From Nocardioidaceae bacterium (GTDB lineage Bacteria; Actinomycetota; Actinomycetes; Propionibacteriales; Nocardioidaceae), in contig JBDHZT010000005.1 in NCBI GenBank assembly GCA_039811985.1, positions 3 to 64,002 of the forward strand: a stretch of DNA of 64,000 bases, read 5' to 3'. Position 1 is the stretch's first letter, and the number at the start of each line of letters is the position of its first letter. The notes beneath the pieces were generated by a model. The model ran no database searches. It saw nothing but the letters and a program-made list of their open reading frames with translations, and was not told where the DNA came from. Shown in pieces: positions 60,724 to 64,000 of the stretch. A program made the position numbers and the translations under genes.

Positions 60724-61514
60724 ACCGCGATCGGCGCCTTGATCCCGGGATGCGGGTCGTAGCCCTCCACCTCGATGTCCTCGAGCTCGAAGGCGTCCAG
60801 GTCGGTGACGGCCGGGTTGAGCCGCAGCGTCGGAAGCGGCCGGGGCTCGCGGGTCAGCTGCAGCCGGGCCTGGTCGAGGTGGTTGCGGTAGAGGTGGGCG
60901 TCGCCGAGCGTGTGCACGAAGTCCCCGAGTCCGAGGCCGGTCACCTGGGCGATCATGTGGGTCAGCAGGGCGTAGGAGGCGATGTTGAACGGCACGCCCA
61001 GAAACACATCGGCCGACCGTTGGTAGAGCTGGCAGGAGAGTCGCCCGTCGGCGACGTAGAACTGGAAGAACGCGTGGCACGGCGCCAGCGCCATCTGCGG
61101 GATGTCGGCGACGTTCCACGCGGAGACGATGTGGCGGCGCGAGTCGGGGTCGCTCCGAAGCTGCTTCACGACCTGGGCGACCTGGTCGATGTGCCGGCCG
61201 TCGGGTGTCGGCCAGGAGCGCCACTGGTAGCCGTAGACGGGGCCGAGGTCGCCGTTGTCGTCGGCCCACTCGTCCCAGATGGTGATGCCGTGGTCCTGCA
61301 GCCACTTGATGTTGGTGTCGCCGCGGAGGAACCACAGCAGCTCGCCGAACACGGAACGAGTGTGGATCCGCTTCGTCGTCACCAGGGGGAAGCCGTCGCT
61401 CAGGTCGAAGCGCATCTGATGGCCGAAGACGCTCAACGTCCCCGTCCCGGTCCGGTCGCCCTTCTCCGCGCCCTCGTCGAGGACTCGGTGGACCAGATCG
61501 AGATATTGCCGCAT
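60720..61514 (-). CDS. thyA: Thymidylate synthase
   Basis: DRTGTGT, ELLWFL.G, PCH..FQF, YQRSAD..LG.PFNIASY. Confidence 0.98.
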   Translation of the reverse strand: MRQYLDLVHRVLDEGAEKGDRTGTGTLSVFGHQMRFDLSDGFPLVTTKRIHTRSVFGELLWFLRGDTNIKWLQDHGITIWDEWADDNGDLGPVYGYQWRSWPTPDGRHIDQVAQVVKQLRSDPDSRRHIVSAWNVADIPQMALAPCHAFFQFYVADGRLSCQLYQRSADVFLGVPFNIASYALLTHMIAQVTGLGLGDFVHTLGDAHLYRNHLDQARLQLTREPRPLPTLRLNPAVTDLDAFELEDIEVEGYDPHPGIKAPIAV

Positions 61515-61523
61515 GGGCCGACC

Positions 61524-62375
61524 CTACGCCCGGGCACCGGCCTCGACCGTGCCGGACACGACGGTCACGGTGTCTCCGCCGACCCAGATTTCGCTGCCGT
61601 CCTGGTCGATGAAGACTCGCCCGTTGCGGCCGAGTGCGGTGCCCTGCGAGGCGACGTACGACGACGGCAGGCGGCCGCTGCCGATCAGCCACTGGGCCAG
61701 GCTCGCGTTGAGGCTGCCGGTGACGGGGTCCTCGACCGCGCCTATCGACGGACAGAAGGCGCGCACCTCGACGGCGGCACCCACCCGCGCGGCAGCTTCG
61801 TCGGAGTAGGGCCCGACCACGCCGACCTCGAAGTCGGCCAGGTCGGACCAACTGGGCTGGAGGGCCAGCACGGCATCGGCGTCGGCCAACAGCACGCCCA
61901 CCCAACGGGGGCCGTTGTCGGCCCAGGCGATGTCGACGACCTCGTCGCGACCGATCTGCAAGCCGCGGCAGATCTGCTCGATGTCGGCGGGCGCGACCAA
62001 CCCCTCGCGGACCAGCGGCGGGGCTGCGAAGGCGAGCCGCTCGCCGCGCCGCAGCCGGACCAGCCCGGCTCCGCACTCCTGGACCACCGCTCCCTCCTCA
62101 CGCGGGACCCCGCCGGCGGCGAGCCAGGCGTGTGCGCTGCCGAGCGTGGGGTGGCCGGCGAAGGGCAGCTCCTCGGCCGGGGTGAAGATGCGCAGCCTGT
62201 AGTCCGCCCGCGGATCGGTCGGCGGCAGCAGGAAGGTCGTCTCGGAGAGGTTGGTCCAGTGCGCGAAGCGCTGCATCTCCTGGTCGGTCATGCCCTCGGC
62301 GTCGTGCACGACGGCGACCGGGTTGCCGCCCAGCGGGTCGGTGGAGAAGACGTTGACCTGGGTGAACGACCGCAT
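61524..62375 (-). CDS. PhzF family isomerase
   Basis: VF....GGNP.AVV, NLSETTF, ELPFAGHPTLG, EDPVTGS. Confidence 0.92.
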   Translation of the reverse strand: MRSFTQVNVFSTDPLGGNPVAVVHDAEGMTDQEMQRFAHWTNLSETTFLLPPTDPRADYRLRIFTPAEELPFAGHPTLGSAHAWLAAGGVPREEGAVVQECGAGLVRLRRGERLAFAAPPLVREGLVAPADIEQICRGLQIGRDEVVDIAWADNGPRWVGVLLADADAVLALQPSWSDLADFEVGVVGPYSDEAAARVGAAVEVRAFCPSIGAVEDPVTGSLNASLAQWLIGSGRLPSSYVASQGTALGRNGRVFIDQDGSEIWVGGDTVTVVSGTVEAGARA

Positions 62376-62383
62376 CGCCGACT

Positions 62384-62644
62384 TCAGCCCGCCGAGAGCG
62401 GCATCGGGCCGTAGACCATCCGCTCACCGTCGAAGAGACTGACCGCCTCGACGCCGGCCTCGGCGAGGTCGGCCCAGATCTCGCCGACCCAGGACTCGGC
62501 GTCGGACTGGCTGGGGAAGCGCTGGTCAGCGAGCCCGCGCTCGACCTCGACCACGTCGCCGCCTGCCGACTCCAGCCGCCACCACCAGCTCCGCTCGGGC
62601 TGGTTGCCGGACCGGATCAGCGGCGGTTGCTCGGGGAGGTTCAC
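62384..62644 (-). CDS. Small hypothetical protein coupled to gcvT
   Basis: 4-nt overlap with the gcvT stop; W.WRLE...F.SQSDAESW.GE.W..L...GV..V.L...VYGPM. Confidence 0.65.
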   Translation of the reverse strand: MNLPEQPPLIRSGNQPERSWWWRLESAGGDVVEVERGLADQRFPSQSDAESWVGEIWADLAEAGVEAVSLFDGERMVYGPMPLSAG

Positions 62645-63753
62645 GACTCACGCACCGAGGTGTCGACGAACGGGAGCTTCACACACTGGAAGATCTCGCG
62701 ACGACCGCGCACGTCGACGCCGAGCTCGGCCTCGGGGTCGACGAAGGTCGGCACCAGGGCGAGCCCGATCCCCTTCTTCAGCGTTGGTGAGAACGTGCCC
62801 GACGTGATCTCGCACAGTGGCACGTCCCGGGCCAACGAGACCGACATGCCTGGCCGTGGGATGCCTCGGCCGACGGCGAGCAGGCCGCGCAGCGTCCGCT
62901 GGGGCCCTTCCTCCTTCTCGGCCAGGATCACGTCGCGGCCCCAGAACGCCTCCTTCTTCCAACCGACCGCCCAGCCGAGCCGGGCCTGGTTGGGAGTGAC
63001 GTCCAAGGAGATGTCCTGGCCGTGCAGTGGATAGCCCATCTCGGTGCGCAGGGTGTCCCGTGAGCCGAGGCCGCACGGCAGGATGCCGAACTCCTCCCCC
63101 GCCTCGAGGATGGCGTCCCAGAGCTCACCGGCGGCCTCGTTGCGGACGATCAGCTCGTAGCCGCGCTCTCCGGTGTAGCCGGTCCGGCACACGACGACGC
63201 CGGTGTCCCCGAAGTTCGCCTCGACGAAGGACATGTACTCGTGGCCGACCGGCAGCCCGACCTTCGCGAGCACCTCGTCGGACTTGGTGCCTTGAACGGC
63301 GAAGACGGCGAACTCGGTGTGGTGGTTGCGGATGGTGAGGCCCTCGGGCGCCTTCTCGACCAGTCGGCGCACCACCTCGGCGGTGTTGGCGGCGTTCGGC
63401 ACCAGCAGGACGTGGGAGTCGTTGTGGAAGTAGGCGATCAGGTCGTCGACGACGCCGCCGGTCTCCTCGTCGCAGCACAGGGTGTACTGCGCCTTGCCGT
63501 GCCGGATCTTGCCGAGGTCGTTGGTCAGCGTCGCATTGATGTAGTCCGCAGCGCCCGGACCGGACACCATCGCCTTGCCGAGGTGGCTGACGTCGAAGAT
63601 CCCGACGGACTCCCGGACAGCGGTGTGCTCCTTGACGATGCCGGTGGGGTACTCCAACGGCATCGACCAGCCACCGAACTCCGCGAACTTCGCACCCAGC
63701 GCCTCGTGCCGGTCGTGGATCGGTGAGCGCAGCAGGTCCTCAGTGTTGGCCAT
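62641..63753 (-). CDS. gcvT: Glycine cleavage system aminomethyltransferase T
   Basis: F.GW.MP..Y, FDVSHLG, RTGYTGE.GYE, GL..RDTLR.E.G.PL.G. Confidence 0.97.
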   Translation of the reverse strand: MANTEDLLRSPIHDRHEALGAKFAEFGGWSMPLEYPTGIVKEHTAVRESVGIFDVSHLGKAMVSGPGAADYINATLTNDLGKIRHGKAQYTLCCDEETGGVVDDLIAYFHNDSHVLLVPNAANTAEVVRRLVEKAPEGLTIRNHHTEFAVFAVQGTKSDEVLAKVGLPVGHEYMSFVEANFGDTGVVVCRTGYTGERGYELIVRNEAAGELWDAILEAGEEFGILPCGLGSRDTLRTEMGYPLHGQDISLDVTPNQARLGWAVGWKKEAFWGRDVILAEKEEGPQRTLRGLLAVGRGIPRPGMSVSLARDVPLCEITSGTFSPTLKKGIGLALVPTFVDPEAELGVDVRGRREIFQCVKLPFVDTSVRES

Positions 63754-63823
63754 GGTCGCAACGTATCGCAGCGGGCCGACGCCGGACCGCTCCGGGAGCG
63801 GGGCCGCCACCCACGGGCAGCGT

Positions 63824-63985
63824 TGCTCGGCTTCCCGCTGGTGGCCGGGTTGCTGGGCTCTGGGGTGCTCGCCGAGCGCAGCAGCTATCGGGGAAGCAGT
63901 GCTCGGCTTGCGGCTGGTGGCCGGGTTGCTGGTCGGCTGGGGTGCTCGCCGATAGAGCAGCTACCGGGGAAGCAGTGCTCGGCTT
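63824..63985 (+). repeat. 76-bp imperfect tandem repeat (just over two units, at the window edge)
   Basis: TGCTCGGCTT starts at 63824, 63900 and 63976; shared CTGGTGGCCGGGTTGCTGG, TGGGGTGCTCGCCGA and GCAGCTA(T/C)CGGGGAAGCAG. Confidence 0.9.
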
Positions 63986-64000
63986 CTGACTGCTCGCCGG

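Noticed and set aside
63824-64000. CRISPR array (also considered for the 10232-10289 repeat)
   Set aside because: Units are contiguous without unique spacers, and no cas genes are present.

Overview
High-GC actinobacterial chromosome segment (Nocardioides-like; inferred from gene content, gene order and promoter style). From left to right: (i) 1.5-10.2 kb, an orphan amine/amide catabolic cluster (sarcosine-oxidase-like flavoprotein, FadR, amidase, metal-independent DoeA/creatinase-like M24 hydrolase, PotABCD-like ABC importer). (ii) 11.2-16.1 kb, a quinol NO reductase (qNor) operon with a SufR-like regulator, an SPFH protein and a membrane protein carrying a transposase-like Cys domain. (iii) Housekeeping genes, glyA, a His-less CbiX-like protein and a PPK2-HipA-kinase-DUF3037 operon. 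(iv) 25.4-39.7 kb, a DNA-damage neighbourhood (recA-recX-GNAT, MFS, DinB-methyltransferase fusion, NodIJ-like ABC exporter, lhr-nei) with one LexA box and three PafBC/RecA-NDp-type promoter motifs. One of those motifs sits directly on the ABC exporter, which is my lead candidate for an undescribed system. (v) The conserved ftsK-rodZ-rimO-pgsA-(5'-nucleotidase)-cinA-clgR block, cydABDC, rnj, dapA, capA, folA-thyA and gcvT. There is no rRNA, tRNA, CRISPR array or intact IS element. Several small repeats are present: a 20-C tract, a 10-bp tandem array, three copies of a ~48-bp REP-like hairpin, a 76-bp tandem repeat and in-frame VNTRs. At least ten genes look leaderless. All product calls come from motif recognition, with no database searches.
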